Made by a program: the position numbers and the translations under genes. From Bacteroidota bacterium (lineage in GTDB: Bacteria > Bacteroidota > Bacteroidia > Bacteroidales > JAHJDW01): 64,000 nucleotides of DNA. The notes beneath the pieces were generated by a model, which made no database searches, was not told the origin of the DNA, and saw nothing but the letters and a program-made list of their open reading frames with translations. Shown here piece after piece: positions 8,988-18,318 of this stretch; the stretch's first letter is position 1, and each line of letters starts with the position of its first letter. The stretch spans positions 1,309 through 65,308 of the forward strand of contig JAZDMK010000301.1 in assembly GCA_043800975.1 (NCBI GenBank), given 5' to 3'.

Positions 8988-10487
8988 TTAAAATGCAGCT
9001 CCGAGTTGTTCAACAATCGGTTGCAGACTATCTGTGATAATATTGGAAAGCCAGAGCGGAAACAATCCGATTCCGGCAATTGCTACAATTAAAGTTCCTG
9101 CACTCAACCGTTCAAACCATTTGGCATCGGTTAGTTTTAGATATTCTGAGTTTTTTACAGGTCCAAATAAAAGTATTCCTACGACGCGCAGAATGTATAC
9201 AGCTGTGATTACAATTGCAGAACATGCAATGATAGTGGCTACACGATGGAAGACATCTGGATGCTGGAAAGCGCCAACAAAAATGGTCATCTCAGCAACA
9301 AAGCCGCTGAGGCCAGGAAGTCCAAGTGAAGCAAGACCTGCGATTACATAACAAACCGCGAGGAAAGGAAGAATTTTCATCAGTCCGCCCATTTCGTTGA
9401 TCAGGCGTGTGTGTGTTCTTCCGTAAATCATGCCGATCAATGCGAAGAAAAGGGCTGTCATCAGTCCGTGTGAGATCATTTGGAGGATAGCGCCGTTCAT
9501 GGCGGTTGTGTTTGCCATCAGTACGGCAAAGAGCACAAGGCCGCAGTGACTCACGGATGAATAGGCATTGATATACTTAAGGTCTTTCTGCCAGATCGCA
9601 CCGAATGCACCATATACAACACTAATTGTAGTGAGAATGATAAATATCCAGCCCAATTCGTTGGCTGCTTCAGGCATTAGGAACATCGCAACGCGGAAGC
9701 AACCGTAGCCTCCGAGTTTCATCAGAACGCCGGCATGCAGCATAGATACTGCGGTTGGTGCTGATGCATGACCGTCAGGTGACCATGTGTGAAACGGGAA
9801 AAGTGCGCCCAACACTCCAAATCCGATGAATGTAAACGGGAAGAAAAACATTTGTGCATCACGCGGGATACCCACTTTCGAGATGTCAATAATATTGAAA
9901 GTAAGCTGCCCGCCATCAGCAGCAGAGTTGAAATAGATGCCGAGCAAACCGACCATCAGCAGGGCAGAGCCCCCCATCAGCATCAGCGTGAGTTTCATGG
10001 CCGAATATTCTTTCGGTCCGCTGCCCCAGAGCCCGATCAGCAAATACATCGGGATAACTGCGATTTCGTAATACAGGAACATGGTAAACAAATCGAGCGA
10101 AATGAAAAAACCAAATACGCCGGTTCCGAGAATAATCAATGAAATGAAGAATTCACGCGAGAGTTCTTCCACCTGCCAGGATGCAAATATGCCGGCAAAA
10201 ATTACGATAGAAGTAAGAGCAATCATGGCAACGGAAATTCCGTCAACGCCAATAGCGTAATGAATGTTCAGACTTTCAAACCAAAGGTAATCGTCTGTAA
10301 ACAGCATTTCAGCTGTATTTCCAATGGCACGTTCGTGCAGGTACAGATAAACCAGCACACCGGCCAGAATAAGTTGCGTGCCCATTCCAATGGCCGACAC
10401 GATACGTGCGCCGCGGAAATCTTTTGCGATCATTATCCCGACAATGGTCAGGGCGGGGATCAGAATAAATAAATTCAGGATACTCAT
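8988..10487 (-). CDS. nuoM: NADH-quinone oxidoreductase subunit M
   Basis: FPFHTWSPDGHASAPT, LMKLGGYG, AYSSVSH, LGLPGLSGFVAE. Confidence 0.95.
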   Translation of the reverse strand: MSILNLFILIPALTIVGIMIAKDFRGARIVSAIGMGTQLILAGVLVYLYLHERAIGNTAEMLFTDDYLWFESLNIHYAIGVDGISVAMIALTSIVIFAGIFASWQVEELSREFFISLIILGTGVFGFFISLDLFTMFLYYEIAVIPMYLLIGLWGSGPKEYSAMKLTLMLMGGSALLMVGLLGIYFNSAADGGQLTFNIIDISKVGIPRDAQMFFFPFTFIGFGVLGALFPFHTWSPDGHASAPTAVSMLHAGVLMKLGGYGCFRVAMFLMPEAANELGWIFIILTTISVVYGAFGAIWQKDLKYINAYSSVSHCGLVLFAVLMANTTAMNGAILQMISHGLMTALFFALIGMIYGRTHTRLINEMGGLMKILPFLAVCYVIAGLASLGLPGLSGFVAEMTIFVGAFQHPDVFHRVATIIACSAIVITAVYILRVVGILLFGPVKNSEYLKLTDAKWFERLSAGTLIVAIAGIGLFPLWLSNIITDSLQPIVEQLGAAF

Positions 10488-10502
10488 ATCTTCACTCGGT
10501 TA

Positions 10503-12425
10503 TTAGATCCATAAATAAATAAAGAGTAATGCAAATCCGATTGCACCCAGAACAAATACAAAGGCGTAACCCTGAAGTTGTCCTGATTGCAATCCTTTCA
10601 TGCGAATAGATGATGCATTTGTTACCCATGCAACACCGTTCATAGCACCGTCGATCACATGGCGGTCGAACCATGCAACAGGCCGTGAAATCATATTAAA
10701 TATAATTTTCTTCGTGATGAAAAGATAGATTTCATCAATGTAGAATTTGTTGTAAACCACTTTGTAAAAAACGCCAAGCTTGCGTGTAATATTGTTGGGA
10801 GCTGCTTTGTCTTTCATATACAAAAGTGCTGCGATCAGAATTCCCAAGAGGCCAATTCCGACGGAAGCACCGGCAACGCCAAAATTCATTTCTGTTTCAA
10901 AAGGCATTTTGTCGGAAGTAACCAGTTCGCTGAAAGGAATGTATCCTGCAAAGATAGAGGCCACAGCAAGGAACATCAATGGGATTGTCATGGTAAGCGG
11001 CGATTCGTGCGGTGTGTGATGATAGTGTGGTTCTTTGTTCCAGAACACTCTGAAGTAAAGTCGGAACATATAGAATGCAGTTAAACCAGCAACTAAGAAT
11101 TCAACTGCGAAGAGAATTTTGTCATGATGGAAAGCAGCCACAAGAATTTCATCTTTACTGAAGAAGCCCGACAATCCCGGAACACCGGCAATCGTTAAGC
11201 AGGCAATCAGGAAAGTAATGTGTGTGATAGGAAGATATTTTCTAAGCCCGCCCATTTCGTTCATCAGGTTGGTGTGAACAGCATGAATAATCGCACCGGC
11301 TCCCAGGAAGAGCAATGCTTTAAACATGGCATGTGTAAACAGATGGAACATAGAAGCCATGTAACCAAGTCCTGCTTCGCCTTCACCATAGCCGGAAACA
11401 CCCAACGCAAGAATCATATAACCGATTTGTGAAAGTGTGGAGAAGGCAAGTATACGTTTTATGTCGAACTGCGTACAGGCAATAACAGCGGCAAACAGAG
11501 AAGTGAAACCGCCAATGTAGGCAATGACTGTCAGTGCATCGGGTGCTGCAAAAGCATAGAGCGGAAAGAGACGTGCAACGAGAAAAACACCGGCCACAAC
11601 CATGGTTGCTGCGTGGATTAATGCAGAAACAGGCGTGGGGCCTTCCATCGCATCAGGTAGCCAGATGTGTAAAGGAAACATAGCCGATTTTCCGGCACCG
11701 CCCATAAAAACAAGCAAGAGCGCCCATGTTACAACGGAAACACCTACAAATGTACCACCGATATTGCGAACCACATCAATGCCTTCGGGTCCTGTCAGGT
11801 ATTGGAAATCGAAGGTTCCGGTCCAATAAGAGAGTAAAAGAATACCGATAAGAAATCCAAGGTCGGCAAATCGTGTAACAATAAATGCTTTTTTCGATGC
11901 CGCAACAGCGGAAGGTTTTTCGTAATAGAATCCAATCAGCAGGAAGGAAGAAACACCTACCAGTTCCCAGAAAATATACATCTGGAAAATGTTGGTTGCT
12001 AATACCAGTCCCATCATCGAGAAAGTGAAAAGCGAAAGGAAAGCGAAGAAACGCTGAAATCCTTTTTCACCTTTCATGTAACCGATGCTGTAGAGATGCA
12101 CCATGAAAGACACGGTAGACACAACAACCAGCATCATGCAGGAAATTGGATCGAGGTATGTTCCCATTTCGATGATCAGTGTGTCTGTAAAACGAAGCCA
12201 CGGAGTGCTTGCGCCGATAAGGGTTTGATAAACATCATTCACTTTTCCGACTTCGAAAAAGTACATGTAGGCAGTGTAATAGGAGAGAATCATTACAACG
12301 CCCAGCCCCAGTGTTCCAAGAATTCCAGAGAGCATTGGCTTGAATTTCATCCCGAAGAGACCGAGCAGTAAAAACATGAACAGCGGTATCAGAGGTATCC
12401 AGATGGTATATGAAAAGTCGAACAT
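10503..12425 (-). CDS. nuoL: NADH-quinone oxidoreductase subunit L
   Basis: GKSAMFPLHIWLPDAMEGPTPVSALIHAATMV, HLFTHAMFKALLFL, GFFSKDEIL. Confidence 0.97.
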   Translation of the reverse strand: MFDFSYTIWIPLIPLFMFLLLGLFGMKFKPMLSGILGTLGLGVVMILSYYTAYMYFFEVGKVNDVYQTLIGASTPWLRFTDTLIIEMGTYLDPISCMMLVVVSTVSFMVHLYSIGYMKGEKGFQRFFAFLSLFTFSMMGLVLATNIFQMYIFWELVGVSSFLLIGFYYEKPSAVAASKKAFIVTRFADLGFLIGILLLSYWTGTFDFQYLTGPEGIDVVRNIGGTFVGVSVVTWALLLVFMGGAGKSAMFPLHIWLPDAMEGPTPVSALIHAATMVVAGVFLVARLFPLYAFAAPDALTVIAYIGGFTSLFAAVIACTQFDIKRILAFSTLSQIGYMILALGVSGYGEGEAGLGYMASMFHLFTHAMFKALLFLGAGAIIHAVHTNLMNEMGGLRKYLPITHITFLIACLTIAGVPGLSGFFSKDEILVAAFHHDKILFAVEFLVAGLTAFYMFRLYFRVFWNKEPHYHHTPHESPLTMTIPLMFLAVASIFAGYIPFSELVTSDKMPFETEMNFGVAGASVGIGLLGILIAALLYMKDKAAPNNITRKLGVFYKVVYNKFYIDEIYLFITKKIIFNMISRPVAWFDRHVIDGAMNGVAWVTNASSIRMKGLQSGQLQGYAFVFVLGAIGFALLFIYLWI

Positions 12426-12443
12426 CGTTCCAGTTTTTTTCGG

Positions 12444-12761
12444 TTAATACTTCATTTCACTTACTTCTTCCACAGTGATTGTGGAGAAACGTCTGTAAAC
12501 ATTAATGATCAGAGCGATGGCCACTGAAGCTTCGGCAGCAGCGATGCCCACAACTATGAGCGCGAAGAAAAGACCATGCATTCTTTCAGGATGCAGAAAA
12601 TAATTGAACGCAATAAAATTAATATTCACGGCATTCAGAATCAGTTCGACGGACATCAGCATAGTGATGAGGTTATGACGGATTATAAATCCGAAGATGC
12701 CTGCAAAAAACATGATGGAACTGATGATCAGAAAATGTTGTAATGTGATTTCTTCAGTCAT
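12444..12761 (-). CDS. nuoK: NADH-quinone oxidoreductase subunit K
   Basis: MSVELILNAVN, IAAAEASVAIAL. Confidence 0.95.
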   Translation of the reverse strand: MTEEITLQHFLIISSIMFFAGIFGFIIRHNLITMLMSVELILNAVNINFIAFNYFLHPERMHGLFFALIVVGIAAAEASVAIALIINVYRRFSTITVEEVSEMKY

Positions 12762-13270
12762 GACTGTTTCCCTTTCTTTGCTATAATGATTGCTCCAATC
12801 ATGGCGGCCAGCAGCAAGATGCTGATGACTTCGAACGGAAGTGCATATCCGTTAAAGTCGACGCTCATTAATTGACGGCCCACTTCGTCCATGTTCCTGC
12901 TGACAGGTTCTTTTCCAGAAGGAGTGAATTTGTATTCAATAATTGTGTACAATGTAAGCGCAAGGCCACTCATGGCGGCAATGGTTGCCATTGCTATCTT
13001 ACCGAGATCAGGATAATCGAATTTTTGATTGATGCGACTGGTAAGTAAGATCGAAAAAATAATCAGTACAACAATACCGCCTGCATAGAGAGTAAGCTGA
13101 ACCCCGGCCATAAACTGGAAGTCCATCATGAAGTACAATCCTGCTGTGGCAACCAAAACAAAAAGAAGAAAGATGGCTGCTCTGAGGATTTTCCGGCTGG
13201 TAACGGTCAGTATAGAAAATACTCCGATGACGCCGGCTAACAGGTAAAACATAATCAGGTCTGTACTCAT
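12758..13270 (-). CDS. nuoJ: NADH-quinone oxidoreductase subunit J
   Basis: QLTLYAGGIVVL, LPFEVISILLLAAMIGAI. Confidence 0.95.
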   Translation of the reverse strand: MSTDLIMFYLLAGVIGVFSILTVTSRKILRAAIFLLFVLVATAGLYFMMDFQFMAGVQLTLYAGGIVVLIIFSILLTSRINQKFDYPDLGKIAMATIAAMSGLALTLYTIIEYKFTPSGKEPVSRNMDEVGRQLMSVDFNGYALPFEVISILLLAAMIGAIIIAKKGKQS

Positions 13271-13761
13271 TCTGCAATATCTTTTACAAGGGTGGAACCC
13301 GGGTTATTCAATACTTTGGTGAGTTTGTGCCGGTCAAATACGGCATGCTCGAAATCCTGTCCCCATGCCAGAGCATTGGATGGACAAGTTTTTACACACA
13401 ATCCGCAAAATGTACACATCGAAAGATGATATACATATTTGTCGAGAACGCGTTTGCTTTTTCCTTCGGCAGTAGTGATTTTATTTGTAATCACATTGAT
13501 GGTGCCGTTGGGGCAGTTCATATCGCAGATGCCGCAGCCTGTGCAACGATGCTGGTTTTGTGCATCGTGAAGCAGGATCAGTACGCCTTTAAAGCGTTCG
13601 AGCATCACAAGTTTTTTCTTTTTATAGTTGCGGTTTTCGGGGTACCGCTGTGTCACAATCTTTCCCGGGCTGAAGAAATACTTCCCCGTGACGCGCATCC
13701 CCTGTATCAGAGACCACACGCCTTTAAAGATTCCGCTGATGTATGTGAAAATACTTCTCAT
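13267..13761 (-). CDS. nuoI: NADH-quinone oxidoreductase subunit I (2x[4Fe-4S])
   Basis: TQRYPE, CTGCGICDMNCP and CTFCGLCVKTCP. Confidence 0.93.
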   Translation of the reverse strand: MRSIFTYISGIFKGVWSLIQGMRVTGKYFFSPGKIVTQRYPENRNYKKKKLVMLERFKGVLILLHDAQNQHRCTGCGICDMNCPNGTINVITNKITTAEGKSKRVLDKYVYHLSMCTFCGLCVKTCPSNALAWGQDFEHAVFDRHKLTKVLNNPGSTLVKDIAE

Positions 13762-13764
13762 AAA

Positions 13765-14865
13765 TTAAAAGTGCCAACCCATTAATACTAGAAATGCAAC
13801 AACAATAAGGTTCACCAGATTGATTGGTAACAGATATTTCCATTCCAGTGTAAGCAACTGGTCGATACGCAAACGTGGAAATGTCCATTTAAACCACATC
13901 ATCATGAAAATAACGAAGGCTGTTTTTCCGAAGAACCAAACCAGAGGTGGAATCCAGTCCATAATATTATTGAACCCGGAACAATCGCCAAATAAAGGAC
14001 CGAGGTGGAATGGCATCCATCCGCCCAGGAATACAGTAGTTGCAAAGGCAGCTACAATAAACATATTCATGTATTCGGCCAGAAAGAAAAATGCGAATTT
14101 AATCCCCGAATATTCGGTATGGAAACCAGCCGTCAATTCTGATTCTGCTTCTGCAAGGTCGAAAGGGCCTCGGTTCGTTTCCGCTGTACTGGCGATAAGA
14201 AAAATAAAGAAAGCAATAACGGCAGGAATGTGTCCTTTAAAGATCCACCATCCGTCGGCCTGGCTTTGAACGATTTCGGAAAGCTGCAGTGTCCCTGCGA
14301 AACAAATGATAGCAAGAAGTGATAATCCAACCGATAATTCATAACTCACAATCTGTGCACCGGAACGCATGGCACCGATGAGCGAATATTTATTGTTCGA
14401 CGACCAGCCTGCAATTAGCACGCCCACTACACCCAGCGACGAAACAGCGATCATATAAAAGATGCCGATGTTGAAGTCGATCGCGTGAAGACCCTGCGCA
14501 AAAGGTATTGCAGCAATGGCCATGAAGCCTGCGATAATTACTATGTAAGGTGCAATGTTGTATAGAAGCTTGTCTGCCTTACGGATGGGAATCATTTCCT
14601 TCATCAGTAATTTGATAAGATCGGCAATGGTTTGTACCAGTCCCCAGGGTCCGACACGGTTCGGGCCGAGGCGGTTCTGCATAAAGGCACAAACCTTGCG
14701 TTCTGCCAGCACCAAGTATAGCCCGATGACAGCATAAGCGATCAGGAAAATCAACCCGATTAAAACAAGTTCGAAAAGATTTGCCCAAAATGCAGGCAGA
14801 TTTTCAAACATGAACTCGTCAATGGTGTTGATCAGCGGTGTAAAGTCATATCTTTCGTATCCCAT
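13765..14865 (-). CDS. nuoH: NADH-quinone oxidoreductase subunit H
   Basis: [42 protein letters not shown]. Confidence 0.97.
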   Translation of the reverse strand: MGYERYDFTPLINTIDEFMFENLPAFWANLFELVLIGLIFLIAYAVIGLYLVLAERKVCAFMQNRLGPNRVGPWGLVQTIADLIKLLMKEMIPIRKADKLLYNIAPYIVIIAGFMAIAAIPFAQGLHAIDFNIGIFYMIAVSSLGVVGVLIAGWSSNNKYSLIGAMRSGAQIVSYELSVGLSLLAIICFAGTLQLSEIVQSQADGWWIFKGHIPAVIAFFIFLIASTAETNRGPFDLAEAESELTAGFHTEYSGIKFAFFFLAEYMNMFIVAAFATTVFLGGWMPFHLGPLFGDCSGFNNIMDWIPPLVWFFGKTAFVIFMMMWFKWTFPRLRIDQLLTLEWKYLLPINLVNLIVVAFLVLMGWHF

Positions 14866-14877
14866 AACAACGTAGGT

Positions 14878-16002
14878 TTAACGGTCAATATCCGGTATTA
14901 TTAAGTCAAGCGAGCCGCTGATGGCAACCATGTCGGCAATCTTATAACCCGCTGTCAGTTTATTCATTATAAAAAGATTCGAGAAGTTGGGTGTACGGAA
15001 TTTCATGCGGTAAGGTGTCTTGTTGCCATCACTCACAATATACACGGCCAATTCACCACGGGCTGTTTCCACACGCTGGAAATATTCACCGGCGGGCAGT
15101 TTTATCACGGGTTTCATCTTGGCGCTGAAGTCACCTTCAGGAATATTGTCAATCAGTTTCTCAATGAGATTCATCGATTCCCACATTTCGTCGATACGTG
15201 CCACATAACGATAATAGGTATCGCCTTCAGTATGCAGGATTTCTTTAAAGTCCACTTTTGTGTAAGCACTGTATGGTGCGGTTTTGCGAACATCGCAGGC
15301 GAAGTTGGAAGCACGCCCCGAAGGACCGGTAATTCCGTAAGCAATCGCATCTTCTTTCGAAAGCACGCCTATGCCTTTTGTTCTTTCCCTGAAAATAACA
15401 TTGCCTGTAAGCAGACGGTCGTATTCAGGAAGAATTTTGCGGAAATATTTGATAAACTCTTTTGTTCTTTTCTGGAAGTTCGGATGGATGTCGTGCATCA
15501 CACCGCCCGGGCATACAAAGCTGTGCAGCAGACGTGAGCCGAATGATTCTTCGAAGATGTCAAGAATTTTTTCACGATCGCGCAGGCCGTAGAAGAAGCA
15601 GGTCAATCCGCCAAGGTCCATTCCGAAGGCACACCACCACAACTGATGGCTGGCAATACGGCCAAGCTCGGCCAGAATAGTGCGTATATACACAGCTCTT
15701 TCAGGAACTTCCACTTCAAGGGCTTTTTCAACGCAAAGGCTGACAGCCTCGTTGTTCATGTGTGCCGAAAAATAATCCATCCGGTCGGTCAGGTGTATGG
15801 TCTGCGGATAGGTCATGCTTTCGCACATTTTTTCAATACCGCGGTGAATATATCCGCAATGGGGGATAAGATAATCTACAGTTTCCCCTTTAAGCGATAC
15901 TTCAAACCGAAGTACTCCGTGCGTCGACGGATGCTGCGGGCCCATGTTTATAATGTAATCCTGGGCGTGCGGCGAATGGGTTTGGATGATAGTCTCGTTC
16001 AT
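14878..16002 (-). CDS. nuoD: NADH-quinone oxidoreductase subunit D
   Basis: NMGPQHPSTHGVLR, GYIHRGIEK, DRMDY, C-terminal DIDR; no NiFe-binding CxxC pairs. Confidence 0.95.
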   Translation of the reverse strand: MNETIIQTHSPHAQDYIINMGPQHPSTHGVLRFEVSLKGETVDYLIPHCGYIHRGIEKMCESMTYPQTIHLTDRMDYFSAHMNNEAVSLCVEKALEVEVPERAVYIRTILAELGRIASHQLWWCAFGMDLGGLTCFFYGLRDREKILDIFEESFGSRLLHSFVCPGGVMHDIHPNFQKRTKEFIKYFRKILPEYDRLLTGNVIFRERTKGIGVLSKEDAIAYGITGPSGRASNFACDVRKTAPYSAYTKVDFKEILHTEGDTYYRYVARIDEMWESMNLIEKLIDNIPEGDFSAKMKPVIKLPAGEYFQRVETARGELAVYIVSDGNKTPYRMKFRTPNFSNLFIMNKLTAGYKIADMVAISGSLDLIIPDIDR

Positions 16003-16010
16003 ACGGTTCC

Positions 16011-16469
16011 TCAGCGTTGAATTATATTAATGTCATCCACGAAATCTTTGCGCAGGGGATAGCCGATAATATCGGTTTCATCCAGAAAGATCCGGCGCAT
16101 GTCGGGGTGGTTGCGGAAATGAATTCCAAACATGTCGAAGGTTTCGCGTTCGTGAAATTCCGCAGTGGGCCATACTTTACATACAGTATTGACAACAGGG
16201 TTTTCACGATCCGCCTTTACTTTCATTACAACTGTGTGATTGTGCCTGGAAGAATTGATATGGTATACCACCATAAAATGTGTCTTCCAGTCAACAGCTG
16301 TTAATGAAATCAGATAATCCAGTGCGAGCTCATCGTTTTCTGTCAGAACCTTGCATGCTTTCAGCATTTTTTCTTCAGGTACAATGAAGTCGACGTATTG
16401 TTTGTTTTCCACGAACTCTGCTTCGGGAAGCAGTGCCTGGATTTTTGCTTGTAATGATTCTTGATCCAT
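16011..16469 (-). CDS. nuoC: NADH-quinone oxidoreductase subunit C
   Basis: AEFHERETFDMFGIHF.NHPDMRRI, GYPLRKDF. Confidence 0.95.
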   Translation of the reverse strand: MDQESLQAKIQALLPEAEFVENKQYVDFIVPEEKMLKACKVLTENDELALDYLISLTAVDWKTHFMVVYHINSSRHNHTVVMKVKADRENPVVNTVCKVWPTAEFHERETFDMFGIHFRNHPDMRRIFLDETDIIGYPLRKDFVDDINIIQR

Positions 16470-16486
16470 CTTCTTTTCTTTTCAGA

Positions 16487-17047
16487 TTAGACAAAATCAG
16501 CCATAGGGTCTTTGCGTTTTTTCCAGATCGTCTCTGTCTTGATTTTACGCTGCAGCTGCATGATTCCGTATAGCAATGCTTCGGGGCGGGGCGGGCATCC
16601 GGGAATGTAAACATCAACGGGAATGAGGTTGTCCACACCACGAACCACCGAATAGGAATTATAGAAAAAGGGACCACCCGAAACGGCGCAGGCACCCATT
16701 GCGATTACATATTTCGGATCGGGCATCTGATCGTACAGGCGTTTCAACACTGGCGCCATCTTGTGAACGACAGTTCCTGCCACCACGATAACGTCAGCCT
16801 GGCGGGGGCTTGCGCGATACACTTCCACGCCGAAGCGGGCAAAGTCGTGGCGCGAGGCACCGGCGGCCATCATTTCGATACCGCAGCAACTGGTGGCAAA
16901 CGTAAGCGGCCAAACCGAGTTGGAACGACCCCAGTTGATCAGGTCGTCGATGGTTGCCAGAAAGAAATTCTCTTTGTGGCGGAAGGTTTCGAGGGTTTCG
17001 TTGTCCTTGAAATCTTCATACTTCATGGATTTGATTTTTACTCCCAT
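16487..17047 (-). CDS. nuoB: NADH-quinone oxidoreductase subunit B
   Basis: [27 protein letters not shown]; likely start ATG 17047 overlapping the nuoA end. Confidence 0.96.
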   Translation of the reverse strand: MGVKIKSMKYEDFKDNETLETFRHKENFFLATIDDLINWGRSNSVWPLTFATSCCGIEMMAAGASRHDFARFGVEVYRASPRQADVIVVAGTVVHKMAPVLKRLYDQMPDPKYVIAMGACAVSGGPFFYNSYSVVRGVDNLIPVDVYIPGCPPRPEALLYGIMQLQRKIKTETIWKKRKDPMADFV

Positions 17048-17388
17048 TTCAAAGCTCCTTTCTTCCATGCATATAAAAGCCCAAGGCCCAGAATGAATAA
17101 GAAAATCATTACTTCGATAAATCCGCGTAATCCAACTTCACGCATCACCACAGCCCAGGGGAACAGGAATACTGTTTCCACATCGAAGATGAGGTAAATG
17201 ATGGCGAAGAGATAATAACCTACACTGAACTGAATCCAGGTGAGGCCGCGTGTTTCGATACCGCATTCATAGGGCTCGAACTTGGCAGGGTTCTTACTGC
17301 GGGGGGGCACCAACGTTGAAAACGTGATTGCACCGCCCACAAGCACCACTGCGACAATGAAGAATAGTACTAGTGAATCGCTGCTCAT
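17038..17388 (-). CDS. nuoA: NADH-quinone oxidoreductase subunit A
   Basis: [30 protein letters not shown]. Confidence 0.96.
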   Translation of the reverse strand: MSSDSLVLFFIVAVVLVGGAITFSTLVPPRSKNPAKFEPYECGIETRGLTWIQFSVGYYLFAIIYLIFDVETVFLFPWAVVMREVGLRGFIEVMIFLFILGLGLLYAWKKGALKWE

Positions 17389-17423
17389 ATCTTAGCTTGA
17401 TAAAAGATTAACAAATTAGCGAG

Positions 17424-17431
17424 CAAATGTA
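17424..17431 (-). promoter_or_regulatory. -7 promoter element of the nuo operon
   Basis: TACATTTG on the minus strand 35 nt upstream of nuoA. Confidence 0.65.
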
Positions 17432-17524
17432 AAAGAATTCTTTTGACCCGTACAAGTTTTCCAACAAAAAATATGGGTGCTTTATTAACAGTTTCTATTG
17501 CATTGAGAATGAAGGTTAGATGCA

Positions 17525-17892
17525 GTTATTAGTTATTTGTTATTAGGTTATTGGTAATTTTTGGTTAACATTATTGGACAAAGACATTCAAAAGGCAAAA
17601 GCCATAAGGCAAAAGTTGCAGTGGCAGGAGCAGTTGCAGCAATTGAACAAGGATCAAGGAACAAGGAACAAGGATCAGCGAAGTGGAATTTAATAGTTGC
17701 AGTAGCAGTGACAGTAGCAGTTTCAGCAAAGCACGAAAAGCCAAGTGCCGGAGGCACGGGATATTGGTAACACGAAAAGGAAAGAAAAATCTGAGTGCCA
17801 GAGGCACGACATGTTGAACCACTCATCCATAGAAGCACACCAGCTCGCAATTTAACATACCTAGTAACTCAATAACCTAATAACTTAATAAC
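17525..17892. repeat. Intergenic mosaic of short tandem repeats and REP-like palindromes bounded by inverted GTTATTAG arrays
   Basis: GTTATTAGGTTATTG (17539-17553) inverted at 17870-17884; internal (AAAAGGC)n, (GCAGTN)n, (AACAAGG)n and two GTGCC-N3-GGCAC palindromes. Confidence 0.85.
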
Positions 17893-17900
17893 TACTTTTG
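17893..17900 (+). promoter_or_regulatory. -7 promoter element of rseC
   Basis: TACTTTTG 4 nt before ATG 17905. Confidence 0.55.
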
Positions 17901-17904
17901 CCCT

Positions 17905-18318
17905 ATGTCAGAAAAAGTATAACACGAAGCCATCGTAGTTCGTTCGGAAGGAAAAAAAGTTTTCGTTCGTATGGATGTGAAATCGGCCTGCGATGCCTGC
18001 GGATCGAAGCATGTGTGTATGAGCCTGGGCGGAGGACAAAAAGAAATGGCTATTGAAACCGAAAAGCAATTTCTTACTGATGATAAAGTAATATTAACAA
18101 TTGAACCCAAATACGGAATGTTGGCCGTTTTGCTTGCGTTCCTTGTTCCTTTTGTTTTATTTATTTCGTGGCTTGTGATTGCCATTACACAACTTCATTT
18201 TCCGGAAGATATTTCGGGATTAGTTGCGGTTGGAATTCTGGTAATCTATTATGTGGTGCTTAGTTTGTTTAATAAAAAGCTGAAGAATAAAGTGAGGATT
18301 TTGATAGAAATGAAATAA
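17905..18318 (+). pseudogene. rseC: RseC/MucC (SoxR-reducing system) family gene with in-frame TAA at codon 6
   Basis: Reads MSEKV*HEAIVVRSEGKKVFVRMDVKSACDACGSKHVC...; CxxC...C motif plus two C-terminal TM helices; TAA at 17920-17922. Confidence 0.7.

Noticed and set aside
14878-17047. NuoB/C/D as a group 4 NiFe hydrogenase
   Set aside because: NuoD lacks both CxxC metal-binding motifs and has the quinone-site His/Tyr motifs of complex I
7983-17197. Many antisense ORFs of 60-150 aa over the nuo genes
   Set aside because: Expected shadows of hydrophobic coding sequence, with no independent starts or motifs
17732-17810. Two palindromic repeats 50 bp apart as a possible mini-CRISPR
   Set aside because: Only two short degenerate copies and no cas genes in the window; better explained as REP-like palindromes
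17548-17850. ORFs of 69-100 aa on both strands in the nuoA-rseC gap
   Set aside because: Their sequences (VAVAVTVAV, EQGSRNKEQG, ATATA) are direct translations of the short DNA repeats, with no other coding signal
17920-17922. In-frame TAA in rseC as evidence of an alternative genetic code
   Set aside because: TAA, TAG and TGA all terminate well-conserved genes at their expected ends throughout the window
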